From positions 730,281-794,280 of the forward strand of contig CM082584.2 in NCBI GenBank assembly GCA_040954595.2: DNA of 64,000 nt. Direction: 5' to 3'. This document shows positions 44,601 to 57,859 of this stretch, one piece after another. Position 1 is the first letter of the stretch. Each line of letters starts with the position of its first letter. Origin of the DNA: Balanoglossus misakiensis. Its lineage: Eukaryota > Animalia > Hemichordata. Below the pieces are notes generated by a model. It saw only the letters and a list, made by a program, of their open reading frames with translations. It searched no databases and was not told where the DNA came from. Both the position numbers and the translations under genes were made by a program.

Positions 44601-45478
44601 CAAATTCCAGAAAAGGCGGTATAATTTGAATCACCCAAGACAAAATTACCATTTTCGACTTTTTTTCGAAATATTGTTTTTTTACAAAATAAATAAGAAT
44701 AAATTCTTTTCTTAGTTCCAAACGGGTAGAGATACTTTCCACACGGATTTCTAACATTGAATTCCCGTTCATCAACTCAGATTTCCTACAAGTCGGCTAA
44801 AACCCTGACACTCTAGAACAGAAACAGTTGCACACTGGTAACGTTGAACAAGTCGATTTTTCTACGGCCTGGCTCGGCTAAATCTCCGTCACAATATGAC
44901 AGACACTAGCGTAGGTTAGCAACGGTGATCAAGTCAGATTTTCTACGGCATGGCTTGGATAAAGCCCCGGCACTCCAGAGCAGAAACACGCGTACAGAGA
45001 CCACGTTGATCAAGTCTGATCTCCTACGGCTTGGTTCGACTAAAACCCCGGCACACTATGACAGACACTAGCGTTCGTTAGCAACGGTGATCAAGTCAGA
45101 TTTTCTACGACATGGCTTGGCTAAAGCCCTGGCACTCTAGAGCAGAAACACGCGTACAGAGACCACGTTGATCTATTCACATTTCCTTCGGCCTGGCACG
45201 GCTGATGCCCCGGCACTATATATAGGACACAAACTGGCGTAAGTTAACAACGGTAATCACGTCGGGTTTCCTACGGCCTGGCTCAGCTGAAGCCCCGGCT
45301 CTCTAGAGCAGAAACAGGCGTACATTGACCACGTTGATCAAGTAAGATTTCCTACGGCGTGACTCGGCTGGTACACCGGCTCTATATGACACAGACTGGC
45401 GTAAGTTATCAACGGTGATTACGTCAGATTTCCTACGGCCTGGTTTAGCTGAAGCCCCGGCACTTTAGAGCGGAAACA
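32614..45478 (-). repeat. Macrosatellite A, first inverted block
   Basis: Reverse complement of the same unit; poly-G tracts at ~33684, 35733, 37779, 40024, 41918 and 43802; the same spurious ORFs appear on the minus strand. Confidence 0.99.
39066..39251 (-). mobile_element. 5'-truncated non-LTR retrotransposon (L2/CR1 group) 3' end, copy 1
   Basis: 186-bp insert flanked by target-site duplication AGCGTT (39060-39065, 39252-39257); (TAA)n tail on the minus strand; minus strand 39250-39197 reads NIFKRNLKTYLFTRFYV*, matching the FKxxLKTxLF C-terminus typical of L2/CR1 ORF2; 8-bp stem AATGCGCT/AGCGCATT at 39097-39125 next to the tail. Confidence 0.9.
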
Positions 45479-46473
45479 TGTAGAAAACAGGTATTTTTTG
45501 TAATTTTCAAAAATTTTCCATTTTGACCGAATTGTGGCTAAAATTGTTATTTTCGTGTTGAATGCCGCCAGTGTCACTGCTTTTAAAAGTCATAAAAACT
45601 TTTAACATACAAGCAATTGTTTATATATGATAAGGTCACCGTATTAAAAAAATAAAGAATGTTTTGACTAAAAATGACCTTTTTGGTGCAAAAACGAATA
45701 AAACGCAATTTTGTATTAAATCAGCTCATTCAGAGTGCATTTTTTATAATCAGCACCATTTTTACATATAATGGAAATTTCATACATCATCAGATATCCA
45801 AATATGAAAAAATGATTTAGATTTTAGATGATTGTCCAAAAGTAGCTGATATCTAATAAATGTAGTATTGAACCGTTCTGTCCCCCCCCCCCCTACATTA
45901 CATGCGGTACGCCGATGTCAGCTTACCCATCAGTACTGCAGGCCGTGCCCACAACTAACGTCGGTGTTTGAAACGCCCTGGTTAAATTCGGGCTTTCTCT
46001 ATAAATTGACAGGCAATAATGTAGTCCTACCGGAACAAATGTCGAGTGTTGACCCGCTGTGACTTTCCCTCTTCGGTTTGCAAGACTTAGCCAACGTCTT
46101 TGTACTAGAGTGTCGGGTCTTTTGCAGAGCCAGGCCGAAGGAAATCCGACTTGATCACCGTTGCTAACGAACGCTAGTGTCTGTCATGGTGTGCCGGGGT
46201 TTTAGTCGAGCCAGGCCGTAGGAGATCTGACTTGATCATCGTGGTCAATGTACGCGTGTTTCCGCTCTAAAGTGCCGGGGCTTCAGCTAAACCAGGCCGT
46301 AGGAAATCCGACGTAATCACCGTTGATAACTTACGCCAGTCTGTGTCATATAGAGCCGGTGTACCAGCCGAGTCACGCCGTAGGAAATCTTACTTGATCA
46401 ACGTGGTCAATGTACGCCTGTTTCTGCTCTAGAGAGCCGGGGCTTCAGCTGAGCCAGGCCGTAGGAAACCCGA
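45479..46473 (+). repeat. Macrosatellite A, ~1-kb forward island inside the inverted region
   Basis: Starts mid-unit at TGTAGAAAACAGG, contains poly-C at ~45882 and ends at GTAGGAAACCCGA. Confidence 0.98.
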
Positions 46474-49400
46474 TTTTTCTACGGCCTGGCTCGGCTAAAT
46501 CTCGTCACAATATGACAGACACTAGCGTACGTTAGCAACGGTGATCAAGTCAGATTTTCAACGGCATGGGTTGGATAAAGCCCCGGCACTCTAGAGCAGA
46601 AACACGCGTACAGAGACCACGTTGATCAAGTCTGATCTCCTACGGCTTGGCTCGACTAAAACCCCGGCACACTATGACAGACACTAGCGTTCGTTAGCAA
46701 CGTTGATCAAGTCAGATTTCCTACGGCATGGCTTGGCTAAAGCCCTGGCACTCTAGAGCAGAAACACGCGTACAGAGACCACGTTGATCTACTCACATTT
46801 CCTTCGGCCTGGCACGGCTGATGCCCCGGCACTATATATAGGACACAAACTGGCGTAAGTTAACAACGGTAATCACGTCGGGTTTCCTACGGCCTGGCTC
46901 AGCTGAAGCCCCGGCACTCTAGAGCAGAAACAGGCGTACATTGACCACGTTGATCAAGTCAGATTTCCTACGGCGTGACTCGGCTGGTGCACCGGCTCTA
47001 TATGACACAGACTGGCGTAAGTTATCAACGGTGATTACGTCGGATTTCCTACGGCCTGGTTTAGCTGAAGCCCCGGCACTTTAGAGCGGAAACACGCGTA
47101 CATTGACCACGATGATCAAGTCAGATCTCCTACGGCCTGGCTCGACTAAAACCCCGGCACACCATGACAGACACTAGCGTTCGTTAGCAACGGTGATCAA
47201 GTCGGATTTCCTTCGGCCTGGCTCTGCAAAAGACCCGACACTCTAGTACAAAGACGTTGGAAGAGGGAAGAGGGAAAGTCGCAGCGGGTCAACACTCGAC
47301 ATTTGTTCCGGTAGGACTGCATTATTGCCTGTCGATTTATAGAGAGAGCCCGAATTTAACCAGGGCGTTTCAAACACCGACGTTTGTTGGGGGCACGGCC
47401 TACAGTACTGCCGGGTAAGCTGACATCGGCGTACCGCATATAATGTAAGGGGGGGGGGGGACAGAACGGTTCAATACTACATTTATTAGATATCAGCTAA
47501 TTTTGGACAATCATCTAAAATCTAAATCATTTTTTCATATTTGGATATCTGATGATGTATGAAATTTCCATTATATGTAAAAATGGTGCTTATTATAAAA
47601 CATGCACTCTGAATGAACTGATTTAATACAAGATTGCGTTTTATTCGTTTTTGCACCAAAAAGGTCATTTTTAGGCAAAACATTCTTTATATTTTTAATT
47701 CGGTGACCTGATCATATATAAACAATTGCTTGTGTGTTAAAAGTTTTTATGGCTTTTAAAAGCAGTGACACTGGCGGCATTCATCACGAAAATAACAATT
47801 TTAGCCACAATTTGGTCAAAATGGTAAATTTTTGAAAATTACAAAAAATACCTGTTTTCTACATTTTCGGAAATCTGATGGAGTATAGAATGCTCTTCGT
47901 ATGTATATATCGATACAAATTCCACAAAAGACCGTCTAATTTGGCTCACTGCAGACAAAATTGCGTTTTACCAAATTTTCCTTGAAAATGTCATTTTTAG
48001 AAAAAAAAATAAAAAAACCTTTATTCTTCGAATTTGGTGCCCTGATCATATATGACATGTTGATTGTATGTTAAAACTCTCGACCACTCCAAAAATGCAG
48101 AGATATTGACGGAATTCAAGAAAAATAGCCATTTTGGCCATATTTTGACAAAAATGGTAAATTTTTGAAAAAGCATAAAAAATTAACTCTTTTCTTCATT
48201 TTCGGAAATATTATGGAGCATGAAGTGTCGTTCTCTTGTAAAAAGTGCTGCAAATTCCAGAAAAGGCGGTATAATTTGAATCACCCAAGACAAAATTGCA
48301 ATTTTTCGACTTTTTTTCGAAAAATTGTCTTTTTTACAAAATAAATAAGAATAAATTCTTTTCTTAGTTTCAAACGGGTAGAGATACTTTCCACACAGGT
48401 TTTCTAACATTGAATTCCCGTTCATCAACTCAGATTTCCTACAGCATAAGTCGGCTAAAACCCTGACACTCTAGAGCAGAAACAGTTGCACACTGGTAAC
48501 GTTGAACAAGTCGATTTTTCTACGGCCTGGCTCGGCTAAATCTCCGTCACAATATGACAGACACTAGCGTACGTTAGCAACGGTGATCAAGTCAGATTTT
48601 CTACGGCATGGGTTGGATAAAGCCCCGGCACTCTAGAGCAGAAACACGCGTACAGAGACCACGTTGATCAAGTCTGATCTCCTACGGCTTGGCTCGACTA
48701 AAACCCCGGCACACTATGACAGACATTAGCGTTCGTTAGCAACGTTGATCAAGTCAGATTTCCTACGGCATGGCTTGGCTAAAGCCCTGGCACTCTAGAG
48801 CAGAAACACGCGTACAGACACCACGTTGATCTACTCACATTTCCTTCGGCCTGGCACGGCTGATGCCCCGGCACTATATATAGGACACAAACTGGCGTAA
48901 GTTAACAACGGTAATCACGTCGGGTTTCCCACGGCCTGGCTCAGCTGAAGCCCCGGCATTCTAGAGCAGAAACAGGCGTACATTGACCACGTTGATCAAG
49001 TAAGATTTCCTACGGCGTGATTCGGCTGGTGCACCGGCTCTATATGACACAGACTGGCGTAAGTTATCAACGGTGATTACGTCGGATTTCCTACGGCATG
49101 GTTTAGCTGAAGCCCCGGCACTTTAGAGCGGAAACACGCGTACATTGACCACGATGATCAAGTCAGATCTCCTACGGCCTGGCTCGACTAAAACCCCGGC
49201 ACACCATGACAGACACTAGCGTTCGTTAGCAACGGTGATCAAGTCTGATTTCCTTCGGCCTGGCTCTGCAAAAGACCCGACACATTAGTACAAAGACGTT
49301 GGCTAAGTCGGGCAAACCGAAGAGGGAAAGTCACAGCGGGTCAACACTCGACATTTGTTCGGGTAGGACTGCATTATTGCCTGTCAATTTATAGAGAAAG

Positions 49401-52400
49401 CCCGAATTTAACCAGGGCGTTTCAAACACCGACATTATTTGGGGGCACGGCCTGCAGTACTGCCGGGTAAGCTGACATCGGCGTACCGCATATAATGTAG
49501 GGGGGGGGGGGACAGAACGGTTCAATACTACATTTATTAGATATCAGCTAATTTTGGACAATCATCTAAAATCTAAATCATTTTTTCATATTTGGATATC
49601 TGATGATGTATGAAATTTCCAATATATGTAAAAATGGTGCTGATTATAAAAAATGCACTCTGAATGAGCTGATTTAATACAAAATTGCGTTTTATTCGTT
49701 TTTGCACCAAAAAGGTCATTTTTAGGCAAAACATTCTTTATTTTTTTAATTCGGTGGCCTGATCATATATAAGCAATTGCTTGCATGTTAAAAGTTTTTA
49801 TGACATTTAAGAGCAGTGACACTGGCGGCATTCAACACGAAAATAACAATTTAACCACAATTTGGTCAAAATGGTAAATTTTTGAAAATTACAAAAAATA
49901 CCTGTTTTCTACATTTTCGGAAATCTGATGGAGTATAGAATGCTCTTCGTATATATATATCACAAATTCCACAAAAGACCGTCTAATTTGGCTCACTGCA
50001 GACAAAATTGCGTTTTACCAAATTTTTCTTGAAAATGTCATTTTTAGAAAAATAAAATAAAAAAACCTTCGTTCTTCGAATTTGGTGCCCTGATCATATA
50101 TGACATGTTGATTGTATGTTAAAACTTTCGACCACTCCAAAAATGCAGAGATATTGACGGAATTCAAGAAAAAATAGCCATTTTGGCCATATTTTGACAA
50201 AATGGTACATTTTTAAAAAAATCATAAAAAATAAACTCTTTTCTTCATTTTCGGAAATATTATGGAGCATGAAGTGTCGTTCTCTTGTAAAAAGTGCTGC
50301 AAATTCCAGAAAATGTGGTATAATTTGAATCACCCAAGACAAAATTACCATTTTCGACTTGTTTTCGAAAAATTGTCTTTTTTAAAAAATAAATAAGAAT
50401 AAATTCTTTTCTTAGTTTCAAACGGGTAGAGATACTTTCCACACGGGTTTTCTAACATTGAATTCCCGTTCATCAACTCAGATTTCCTACAGCATAAGTC
50501 GGCTAAAACCCTGACACTCTAGAGCAGAAACAGTTGCACACTGATAACGTTGAACAAGTCGATTTTTCTACGGCCTGGCTCGGCTAAATCTCGTCACAAT
50601 ATGACAGACACTAGCGTACGTTAGCAACGGTGATCAAGTCAGATTTTCAACGGCATGGGTTGGATAAAGCCCCGGCACTCTAGAGCAGAAACACGCGTAC
50701 AGAGACCACGTTGATCAAGTCTGATCTCCTACGGCTTGGCTCGACTAAAACCCCGGCACACTATGACAGACACTAGCGTTATTATTATTATTATTATTAA
50801 GAATTGTTTAAAATGCGCTACACATACGTCTCAGCGCATTGTGCTAAAACAGTAGATTAAAAAATACAAGGCTGGTAAAAATAGTTAAAAGGACACAATC
50901 GAACACGTTACACATAAAACCGAGTAAAAAGGTATGTTTTCAAATTACGCTTAAAAATATTGAGCGTTCGTTAGCAACGTTGATCAAGTCAGATTTCCTA
51001 CGGCATGGCTTTGCTAAAGCCCTGACACTCTAGAGCAGAAACACGCGTACAGAGACCACGTTGATCGACTAACATTTCCTTCGGCCTGGCACGGCTGATG
51101 CCCCGGCACTATATATAGGACACAGACTGGCGTAAGTTAACAACGGTAATCACGTCGGGTTTCCTACGGCCTGGCTCAGCTGAAGCCCCGGCACTCTAGA
51201 GCAGAAACAGGCGTACATTGACCACGTTGATCAAGTCAGATTTCCTACGGCGTGACTCGGCTGGTGAACCGGCTCTATATGACACAGACTGGCGTAAGTT
51301 ATCAACGGTGATTACGTCGGATTTCCTACGGCCTGGTTTAGCTGAAGCCCCGGCACTTTAGAGCGGAAACACGCGTACATTGACCACGATGATCAAGGCA
51401 GATCTCCTACGGCCTGGCTCGACTAAAACCCCGGCACACCATGACAGACACTAGCGTTCGTTAGCAACGGTGATCAAGTCGGATTTCCTTCGGCCTGGCT
51501 CTGCAAAAGACCCGACACTCTAGTACAAAGACGTTGGCTAAGTCGGGCAAACCGAAGAGGGAAAGTCACAGCGGGTCAACACTCGACATTTGTTCGGGTA
51601 GGACTGCATTATTGCCTGTCAATTTATAGAGAAAGCCCGAATTTAACCAGGGCGTTACAAACACCGACGTTAGTTGGGGGCACGGCCTGCAGTACTGACG
51701 GGTAAGCTGACATCGGCGTACCGCATATAATATAGGGGGGGGGGGAACAGAACGGTTCAATACTACATTTATTAGATATCAGCTAATTTTGGACAATCAT
51801 CTAAAATCTAAATCATTTTTTCATATTTGGATATCTGATGATGTATGAAATTTCCATTATATGTAAAAATGGTGCTGATTATAAAAAATGCACTCTGAAT
51901 GAACTGATTTAATACAAAATTACGTTTTATTCGTTTTTGCACCTAAAAGGTCATTTTTAGGCAAAACATTCTTTATTTTTTTAATTCGGTGACCTGATCA
52001 TATATAAAGAATGGCTTGTATGTTAAAAGTTTTTATGACTTTTAAAAGCAGTGACACTGGCGGCATTCAACACGAAAATAACAATTTTAGCCACAATTTG
52101 GTCAAAATGGAAAATTTTTCAAAATTACAAAAAATACCCTTTTCTACATTTTCGGAAATCTGATGGAGTATAGAAGGCTCTTCGTATGTATATATCGATA
52201 CAAATTCCACAAAAAACCGTCTAATTTGGCTCACTGCAGACAAAATTGCGTTTTACCAAATTTTCCTTGAAAATGTCATTTTTAGAAAAAAAAATAAAAA
52301 AAAACCTTTGTTCTTCGAATTTGGTGCCCCGATCATATATGACATGTTGATTGTATGTTAAAAGTTTCGACCACTCCAAAAATGCAGAGATATTGACGGA

Positions 52401-55400
52401 ATTCAAGAAAAAATAGCCATTTTGGCCATATTTTGACAAAAATGGTAAAATTTTAAAAAATCATAAAAAATTAACTCTTTTCTTCATTTTCGGAAATATT
52501 ATGGAGCATGAAGTGTCGTTCTCTTGTAAAAAGTGCTGCAAATTCCAGAAAAGGTGGTATAATTTGAATCACCCAAGACAAAATTACCATTTTCGCCTTT
52601 GTTTCGAAAAATTGTCTTTTTTACAAAATAAATAAGAATAAATTCTTTTCTTAGTTTCAAACGGGTAGAGATACTTCCTACACGGGTTTTCTAACATTGA
52701 ATTCCCGTTCATCAACTCAGATTTCCTACAGCATAAGTCGGCTAAAACCCTGAGACTTTAGAGCAGAAACAGTTGCACACTGGTAACGTTGAACAAGTCG
52801 ATTTTTCTACGGCCTGGCTTGGCTAAATCTCCGTCACAATATGACAGACACTATCGTACGTTAGCAACGGTGATCAAGTCAGATTTTCTACGGCATGGCT
52901 TGGATAAAGCCCCGGCACTCTAGAGCAGAAACACGCGTACAGAGACCACGTTGATCTACTCACATTTCCTTCGGCCTGGCACGGCTGATGCCCCGGCACT
53001 ATATATAGGACACAGACTGGCGTAAGTTAACAACGGTTATCACGTCGGGTTTCCTACGGCCTGGCTCAGATGAAGCCCCGGCACTCTAGAGCAGAAACAG
53101 GCGTACAGTGACCACGTTGATCAAGTCAGATTTCCTTCGGCGTGACTCGGCTGGTGCACCGGCTCTATATGACACAGACTGGCGTAAGTTATCAACGGTG
53201 ATTACGTCGGATTTCCTACGGCATGGTTTAGCTGAAGCCACGGCACTTCAGAGCGGAAACACGCGTACATTGACCACGATGATCAAGTCAGATCTCCTAC
53301 GGCCTGGCTCGACTAAAACCCCGGCACACCATGACAGACACTAGCGTTCGTTAGCAACGGTGATCAAGTCGGATTTCCTTCGGCCTGGCTCTGCAAAAGA
53401 CCCGACACATTAGTACAGAGACGTTGGCTAAGTCGGGCAAACCGAAGAGGGAAAGTCACAGCGGGTCAACACTCGACATTTGTTCGGGTAGGACTGCATT
53501 ATTGCCTGTCAATTTATAGAGAAAACCCGAATTTAACCAGGGCGTTTCAAACACCGACGTTATTTGGGGGCACGGCCTGCAGTACTGCCGGGTAAGCTGA
53601 CATCGGCGTACCGCATATAATGTAGGGGGGGGGGGGGACAGAACGGTTCAATACTACATTTATTAGATATCAGCTAATTTTGGACAATCATCTAAAATCT
53701 AAATCATTTTTTCATATTTGGATATCTGATGATGTATGAAATTTCCAATATATGTAAAAATGGTGCTGATTATAAAAAATGCACTCTGAATGAGCTGATT
53801 TAATACAAAATTGCGTTTTATTCGTTTTTGCACCAAAAAGGTCATTTTTAGGCAAAACATTCTTTATTTTTTTAATTCGGTGACCTGATCATATATAAGC
53901 AATTGCTTGCATGTTAAAAGTTTTTATGACTTTTAAAAGCAGTGACACTGGCGGCATTCAACACGAAAATAACAATTTTAGCCACAATTCGGTCAAAATG
54001 GTAAATTTTTGAAAATTACAAAAAATACCTGTTTTCTACATTTTCGGAAATCTGATGGAGTATAGAATGCTCTTCGTATGTATATATCGATACAAATTCC
54101 ACAAAAGACCGTCTAATTTGGCTCACTGCAGACAAAATTACGTTTTACCAAATTTTCCTTGAAAATGTCATTTTTAGAAAAATAAAATAAAAAAACCTTC
54201 GTTCTTCGAATTTGGTGCCCTGATCATATATGACATGTTGATTGTATGTTAAAACTTTCGACCACTCCAAAAATGCAGAGATATTGACGGAATTCAAGAA
54301 AAAAATAGCCATTTTGGCCATATTTTGACAAAAATGGTAAATTTTTAAAAAATCATAAAAAATTAACTCTTTTCTTCATTTTCGGAAATATTATAGAGCA
54401 TGAAGTGTCGTTCTCTTGTAAAAAGTGCTGCAAATTCCAGAAAAGGCGGTATAATTTGAATCACCCAAGACAAAATTACCATTTTCGACTTTTTTTCGAA
54501 ATATTGTTTTTTTACAAAATAAATAAGAATAAATTCTTTTCTTAGTTCCAAACGGGTAGAGATACTTTCCACACGGATTTCTAACATTGAATTCCCGTTC
54601 ATCAACTCAGATTTCCTACAGCATAAGTCGGCTAAAACCCTGACACTCTAGAGCAGAAACAGTTGCACACTGGTAACGTTGAACAAGTCGATTTTTCTAC
54701 GGCCTGGCTCGGCTAAATCTCCGTCACAATATGACAGACACTAGCGTACGTTAGCAACGGTGATCAAGTCAGATTTTCTACGGCATGGCTTGGATAAAGC
54801 CCCGGCACTCTAGAGCAGAAACACGCGTACAGAGACCACGTTGATCAAGTCTGATCTCCTACGGCTTGGCTCGACTAAAACCCCGGCACACTATGACAGA
54901 CATTAGCGTTCGTTAGCAACGTTGATCAAGTCAGATTTCCTACGGCATGGCTTGGCTAAAGCCCTGAAACTCTAGAGCAGAAACACGCGTACAGAGACCA
55001 CGTTGATCTACTCACATTTCCTTCGGCCTGGCACGGCTGATGCCCCGGCACTATATATAGGACACAAACTGGCGTAAGTTAACAACGGTAATCACGTCGG
55101 GTTTCCCACGGCCTGGCTCAGCTGAAGCCCTGGCACTCTAGAGCAGAAACAGGCGTACATTGACCACGTTGATCAAGTAAGATTTCCTACGGCGTGACTC
55201 GGCTGGTGCACCGGCTCTATATGACACAGACTGGCGTAAGTTATCAACGGTGATTACGTCGGATTTCCTACGGCCTGGTGTAGCTGAAGCCCCGGCCCTT
55301 TAGAGCGGAAACACGCGTACATTGACCACGATAATCAAGTCAGATCTCTTACGGCCTGGCTCGACTAAAACCCCGGCACACCATGACAGACACTAGCGTT

Positions 55401-57745
55401 CGTTAGCAACGGTGATCAAGTCTGATTTCCTTCGGCCTGGCTCTGCAAAAGACCCGACACATTAGTACAAAGACGTTGGCTAAGTCGGGCAAACCGAAGA
55501 GGGAAAGTCACAGCGGGTCAACACTCGACATTTGTTCCGGTAGGACTACATTATTGGCTGTCAATTTATAGAGAAAGCCCGAATTTAACCAGGGCGTTTC
55601 AAAAGGCGGTATAATTTGAATCACCCAAGAAAAAATTACCATTTTCGACTTTTTTTCTCTCGAAAAATTGTCTTTTTTACAAAATAAATAAGAATAAATT
55701 CTTTTCTTAGTTTCAAACGGGTAGAGATACTTTCCACACGGGTTTTCTAACATTGAATTCCCGTTCATCAACTCAGATTTCCTACAGCATAAGTCGGCTA
55801 AAACCCTGACACTCTAGAGCAGAAACAGTTGCACACTGTTAACGTTGAACAAGTCGATTTTTCTACTGCCTGGCTCGGCTAAATCTCCGTCACAATATGA
55901 CAGACACTAGCGTACGTTAGCAACGGTGATCAAGTCAGATTTTCTACGGCATGGCTTGGATAAAGCCCCGGCACTCTAGAGCAGAAACACGCGTACAGAG
56001 AGCACGTTGATCAAGTCTGATCTCCTACGGCTTGGCTCGACTAAAACCCCGGCACACTATGACAGACACTAGCGTTAGTAAGCAACGTTGATCAAGTCAT
56101 ATTTCCTACGGCATGGCTTGGCTAAAGCCCTGGCACTATAGACCAGAAACACGCGTACAGAGACCACGATGATCTACTCACATTTCCTTCGGCCTGGCAC
56201 GGCTGATGCCCCGGCACTACATATAGGACACAGACTGGCGTAAGTTAACAACGGTAAACACGTCGGGTTTCCTACGGCCTGGCTCAGCTGAAGCCCCGGC
56301 ACTCTAGAGCAGAAACAGGCGTACATTGACCACGTTGATCAAGTCAGATTTCCTACGGCGTGACTCGGCTGGTGCACCGGCTCTATATGACACAGACTGG
56401 CGTAAGTTATCAACGGTGATTACGTCGGATTTCCTACGGCCTGGTTTAGCTGAAGCCCCTGCACTCTAGAGCAGAAACAGGCGTACATTGACCACGTTGA
56501 TCAAGTCAGATTTCCTACGGCGTGACTCGGCTGGTGCACCGGCTCTATATGACACAGACTGGCGGAAGTTATCAACGGTGATTACGTCGGATTTCCTACG
56601 GCCTGGTTTAGCTGAAGCCCCGGCACTTTAGAGCGGAAATACGCGTACATTGACCACGATGATCAAGTCAGATCTCCTACGGCCTGGCTCGACTAAAACC
56701 CCGGCACACCATGACAGACACTAGCGTTCGTTAGCAACGTTGATCAAGTCGGAATTCCTTAGGCCTGGCTCTGCAAAAGACCCGACACTCTAGAGCAGAA
56801 ACACGCGTACAGAGACCACGTTGATCTACTCGGATTTCCTTCGGCCTGGCTCTGCAAAAGACCCGACACTCTAGTACAAAGACGTTGGCTAAGTCGGGCA
56901 AACCGAAGAGGGAAAGTCACAGCGGGTCAACACTCGACATTTGTTCGGGTATGACTGCATTATTGCCTGTCAATTTATAGAGAAAGCCCGAATTTAACCA
57001 GGGCGCTTCAAACACCGACGTTAGTTGGGGGCACGGCCTGCAGTACTGCCGGGTAAGCTGACATCGGCGTACCGCATATAATGTAGGGGGGGGGGGGACG
57101 GAACGGTTCAATACTACATTTATTAGATATCAGCTAATTTTGGACAATCATCTAAAATCTAAAAATCTAAATCATTTTTTCATATTTGGATATCTGATGA
57201 TGTATGAAATTTCCATTATATGTAAAAAATGGTGCTGATTATAAAAAATGCACTCTGAATGAGCTGATTTAATACAAAATTGCGTTTTATTCGTTTTTGC
57301 ACCAAAAAGGTCATTTTTAGGGAAAACATTCTTTATTTTTTTAATTCGGTGACCTGATCATATATAAACAATTGCTTGTATGTTAAAAGTTTTGATGACT
57401 TTTAAAAGCAGTGACACTGGCGGCATTCAACACGAAAATAACAATTTTAGCCACAATTTGGTCAAAATGGTAAATTTTTGAAAATTACAAAAAATACCTG
57501 TTTTCTACATTTTCGGAAATCTGATGGAGTATAGAATGCTCTTCGTATGTATATATCGATACAAATTCCACAAAATACAGTCTTATTTGGCTCACTGCAG
57601 ACGAAATTGCGTTTTACCAAATTTTCCTTGAAAATGTCATTTTTAGAAAAAAAATAAAAAAACCTTTGTTCTTCGAATTTGGTGCCCTGATCATATATGA
57701 CATGTTGATTGTATGTTAAAACTTTCGACCACTCCAAAAATGCAG
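46474..57745 (-). repeat. Macrosatellite A, second inverted block, truncated by the transposon
   Basis: Poly-G at ~47449, 49500, 51735, 53625 and 57086; ends abruptly at CCAAAAATGCAG, where other units continue AGATATTGACGG. Confidence 0.99.
50781..50962 (-). mobile_element. 5'-truncated non-LTR retrotransposon (L2/CR1 group) 3' end, copy 2
   Basis: 182-bp copy with the same truncation point, site and AGCGTT duplication (50775-50780, 50963-50968); differs from copy 1 by a 5-bp and a 1-bp indel. Confidence 0.9.
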
Positions 57746-57782
57746 CACTGCGGCCCAGAAGTGTGTTCATTTGTCCGCTATT
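57746..57782 (+). repeat. Left terminal inverted repeat (bipartite)
   Basis: CACTGCGGCCCAG-N11-TTTGTCCGCTATT; each 13-bp block matches the right end at 11/13 in ungapped register. Confidence 0.9.
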
Positions 57783-57846
57783 CCGCGAAGCGGAAATATG
57801 TTAATTGAGGTCATATGCTGGGGTCACGTTCCTAGCATCGTATATA

Positions 57847-57859
57847 CAAAATGGCGGCG
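57847..57859 (+). promoter_or_regulatory. YY1-type motif overlapping the start codon of the accessory gene
   Basis: CAAAATGGCGGCG matches the YY1 consensus; a related CAAAGATGGCG lies in the right TIR spacer (~63285-63295). Motif match only. Confidence 0.35.

Noticed and set aside
796-57111. Dozens of recurring 60-100-aa ORFs (MLENPCGKY..., MSKYGQNGY..., MNRSVPPPP...)
   Set aside because: By-products of the satellite: many start at TTG/GTG, frames are made and broken by homopolymer indels between units, and no domains are recognisable.
57462-57770. 102-aa minus-strand ORF crossing the left TIR
   Set aside because: Chance fusion of the TIR to satellite sequence.
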